A stretch of DNA of 64,000 nt, taken from Octopus vulgaris (Eukaryota). Below the pieces are notes generated by a model. It was not told the origin of the DNA and made no database searches. It was given only the letters and a program-made list of their open reading frames with translations. The position numbers and the translations under genes were made by a program. This document shows, piece by piece, positions 58,858 to 64,000 of this stretch (its first letter is position 1; the number at the start of each line of letters is the position of its first letter). The DNA is taken from NCBI GenBank assembly GCA_951406725.2, contig OX597833.1:62744001-62808000 (forward strand), written 5' to 3'.

Positions 58858-59814
58858 CATTACTATTATTATTGTTTCTTTTGCAGATAATTTACCACTT
58901 GGAGGAGAAAAGAAGAGGTTTTTCAGGATACCTGGAATATTTATTTAATCACCTGAAATGGTAATTCTTTCTGTAAGGCAGGAATTCCCATAAGGAAAAC
59001 CTTATAAGGAAAAGCATTAAGCGGAAATAAATTATAACATAGAGCTGTGTAAATTATCCACGTGGAAACATGGGTATCTGGATTTCCGCATGGAGATGTA
59101 GCTGTTTACATATTTTCTTGGATTTATTGCCGTCTAAACAACCACATGGAGAAAAGGGCGTCTGTACTGCTACATGGAGATGTACATCTGCAAATATCCA
59201 CATGGAGGAAAAGGTGTCTCTACTTCTACATGGAGATGTACATCTCCAAATATCCACATGGAGACATGGATGTCTACATTCTTACTCTGAATGGAAGCCG
59301 TATAAATATCCACATTGAGACATGGGTGTCTATATTTCCACATGAAAACGTAGGTATCTAAATATCCCACATGGGAACATGGGTGTCTATATTGAGTGGG
59401 GTCGAGGAGATGGATTGTAACAAGTCTTAGACTCCACCTTCCCTCCTGACCAAAAAGTTAAAAAAAAATATTTTAATTTCAACCAATTTATTATGATTGA
59501 AATTAGTAAGGCCAGTGGTTCTTAAGTGGGTTCCACGTGGCCCCTGAAGGTCCATATAAAATTCTTGTGAGGTCCATGCAACAAAATAGCAAATTGGGGA
59601 CCCACAGTAGTATTGTAAGGGTCCCTGAAAAAATTTTGCTTTAGATGTATGTATTGGTCTTTATAGTAAGAAACAGGTGGGTTCCTTTCTCTAACATTTT
59701 CTAAAGTTCAACCTACAAAAGTTAATGTATGGAAAACAAAAATAGGAATTTTGAAAGAAGTGCCTGAGCAACAGGGCTAGAGCCCATCTTTTTTTAAAAA
59801 TAATAATGATGATG

Positions 59815-59861
<47 letters not shown>

Positions 59862-61162
59862 CATCATCATCATCATCGTTTAGCGTCCGCTTTCCATGCT
59901 AGCATGGGTTGGACGGTTCAACTGGGGTCTGCGAAACCAGGAGGCTGCACCAGGCCCAGTCTGATCTGGCAATGTTTCTACGGCTGGATGCCCTTCCTAA
60001 CGCCAACCACTCCATGAGTGTAGTGGGTGCTTTTTACGTGCCAGGCGAGGCTGGCAACGGCCACGATTGGATGGTGCTTTTTACGTGCCACCGGCACAAT
60101 AATAATAATGATTTCTTTATTAACCACACGGGTTTACATTAAGAAAAACATTATTGACACAGCACAGGACAAAGCAAAGAATGTGTGCGTCTATGTGTGT
60201 GAGTGTGTGTTGTTGTGAGGGTTTTGCGCGTAAACAGGACTAGCAAAATTTTAAAAAATCAACGTATGATCCTCAATAGGGAGGAGATGATCGAGGGCTC
60301 CTCATGGAAAAACCCCACACAAAGAAAAAAAAAACCGTGGGTACCCTCACTTTTGGGGTAGGTGCCTTTTTTCTTTCCTTTTTTTAAATCTACAGGGCAG
60401 TTTTTTAAACTCAGGGCAGGCCCATTAATAATGAAGGCCTCTCCTGTCGAAGACAACATATTCTTTTATTCTTTTACTTGTTTCAGTCATTTGACTGTGG
60501 CCATGCTGGAGCACCACCTTCAGTCGAACAAATCGACCCCAGGACTTATTCTTTGTAAGCCTAGTACTTATTCTGTCGGTCTCTTTTGCCAAGCTGTTAA
60601 GTTACAGGGACGTAAACACACCAACAACGGTTGTCAAGCAATGGGAGGTGGGGGAGACACACAAAGACACATAAACAGACACACATACAACAAGCTTCTT
60701 TCAGTTTCCTTCTAACAAATTCACTGACAAGGCTTTGGTCAGCCTGAGGCTATAGTAGAAGACACTTGCCGAAGGGGTCACACAGTGGGACTGAACCCAG
60801 AACCATGTGGTTTGTAAGCAAGCCACGAGTGTTCAGTTTTTGTTGAACAACCAGAACAAATGATTTGATTAGATTAATCAGATGTATGTGCCGTACATTA
60901 TTAACTCACTCCCCCCATCAAATCGATGTTGCCTGAACGGATGCAGGTCTCGAAGTGATCACAGAGCTACGTGGAGGGAAGTGTTTTGCTCAAGAACACA
61001 ACACACCACCCGGCGTAGGAACTGAAACCATGATCTTGCGATTGTGGGTGCAACACACTAATCACTAAGCCATGCGCCCTCACATAATAACAATAATGAT
61101 GATGATGATAATATTAATAAAAATGATAATAATAATAATAATAATAATAATAATTGTCGTTG

Positions 61163-62155
<993 letters not shown>

Positions 62156-62302
62156 TACTGCTGCTGCCACCATCGCTCTCAACATCACCCCCCCACCACT
62201 ACACCCCCACCAGAATCATAATTGGCACCATAATGATGGTGCTGTAGTTGATAATGATGAAAACGCGTATATATTGATGACGATGATAATAAGGATGCTG
62301 CT

Positions 62303-62333
<31 letters not shown>

Positions 62334-62606
62334 ATGCTAATGATGATGATGATTACTGTTATTATTTAACAACTGTTCTTGGCAATTAAGAAATTTACCT
62401 TGGCACTCATTCATTCTCTCTCTCTCTCTCCTCTTTCCCTCTTATCCCCCCTTTTCTTAGTTTTTCTCCTTCTCTCTCTCTCTCTCTCTCTCACTCTTTC
62501 TGTGTCTCTCTCTCTTACTCCCTTTCTCAGACTTTTTCTTTCTTTCTCTCTCTCTCTCTCTCTCTCTCTTTCTGTGTCTCTCTCCCTTACTCCCTTTCTC
62601 AGTTTG

Positions 62607-62641
<35 letters not shown>

Positions 62642-63199
62642 GTCTCCTTCTCTCTTACTCCCTTTCTCAGTTTTTCTCTTTCTCTCTGTCTCTCTCACTC
62701 TCTTTCTGTATCTCCTTCTCTCTCCCTTTCAGTGTCTCCTTCTCTCTCTCTTTCTGTGTGTGTCTCTCTCTCTTTCTCTCTCCCTCTCTCACTCTTACTC
62801 TTACTCTCTCTTTGCCCCCCCCTCTCTCCGTCCCACCCCTCTCCCTATTTCAAAACCTATAAACCCAAAGTCATCTGTTTATCTAATGAATGGACCTGAC
62901 AGCTGGAGTCAGGGGATCAGACAATTTATATAGAAATAACCCCTTAAAGCCTCCCTCTTGATTGGCTTTAGTAAAACAATCTTTGTTCAAGGGGACAGAT
63001 CCTTTAACAACTAACATGATGGATGTTATTGTATTTACATTCTGTGTGTGTGTGTGCATGTGTGCGTGTGTATGTGTGCATGTGTATGTGTGCGTGTGTA
63101 TGTGTGTATATATGCATGCATGTATGTGTGTGTGTGTGTGTGTGCGCATGTGTATGTATGCATGTATGCATGTGTGTGAGTGTGTGTGTAGGGGTTTAT

Positions 63200-64000
63200 T
63201 ATCCTTTACTTGTTTTAGTCATTGGATTACAGCCATGCTGGAGCACTGCCTTGCAGGGTTTTGTTGAATAAATCAACCCCAGTATGTTTTCCCTTTAAAA
63301 TCAGGTCCTTATTCTATCAGTCTTTTTGGCTGAACTGCTAAGTTATGGGAATGTGAACAAACTAACATAAGTTATCGAATAGTAGTGGGGGACAAACACA
63401 AAGACACACACACAGATGCGCACACACACACACAGATGCACACACACACACACACACACAGACACACACACACACACACACAGAGGCACACACACACACA
63501 GAGGCACACACACACACAGAGGCACACACACACAGGCACACACACACACAGAGGCACACACACACGCACACAGAAGCACAGACACGCACACAGAGGCACA
63601 CACACGCACACAGAGGCTCACACACACGCACACAGAAGCACAGACACGCACACAGAGGCACACACACGCACACAGAGGCACACACACACACAGAGGCACA
63701 CACACACACACACAGAGGCACACACACACACAGAGACACACACACAGAGGCACACACACACACACACACACAGGCACTCACACACACAGAGGCACTCACA
63801 CAGACACATGCATGATGGGCTTCTACACAGTTTCTGTCCATGAAATTCACTCACGAGGCATTCATCACATCAACCCAGAGCTATAGAAGATGGCGCTTGC
63901 CCAAGTTGCCACGCTATGGAACTCAACCAAAAGCCATGTGTGTGTGTGTGTGTGTTTATATGTCACAAGCGTGGCTATGTTAAGCAGCTCCCTCCCTAAC
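63200..64000 (-). mobile_element. Old SINE family A whose internal microsatellite expanded into ~420 bp of (CA)nGAGG units
   Basis: Tail 63200-63400, repeat 63395-63810, head 63812-64000. Confidence 0.75.

Noticed and set aside
59512-59766. hAT/Charlie-like MITE (CAGTGGTTCTTAA start)
   Set aside because: Matching right TIR and 8-bp TSD not convincingly found

Overview
Eukaryotic, extremely repeat-rich, essentially non-coding window. The repeat content (tRNA-derived SINE families and very dense di/tri/tetranucleotide microsatellites) looks like octopus/cephalopod DNA; this is recalled from family resemblance, not database-verified. No intact host protein-coding gene, rRNA, true tRNA or CRISPR array is supported. 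Almost every ORF in the supplied track is a microsatellite translation or a SINE read-through. Supported content: more than 20 copies or fragments of a ~400-bp tRNA-headed SINE with an internal microsatellite; a second ~230-bp SINE, including a head-to-tail trimer inside one 18-bp TSD; decayed LINE fragments (RTE, CR1, R4/Dong-type RLE); Tc1/mariner relics (two DD37D/maT); one complete non-autonomous Helitron nested in a mariner relic nested in a SINE; and several minisatellites. The most interesting signal is a near-perfect 175/176-bp-arm palindrome (45059-45427). Its 18-nt spacer carries a hammerhead-ribozyme 3' core, and it belongs to a scattered set of microsatellite-inserted, Penelope-like repeats with minimal or degenerate hammerhead motifs. 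An apparent shift near 31.6 kb (strong + strand splice donor, more CpG decay, antisense-biased LINE copies downstream) suggests the right half may be an intron of a + strand gene. Coordinates were counted by eye, so element ends may be off by a few bases.
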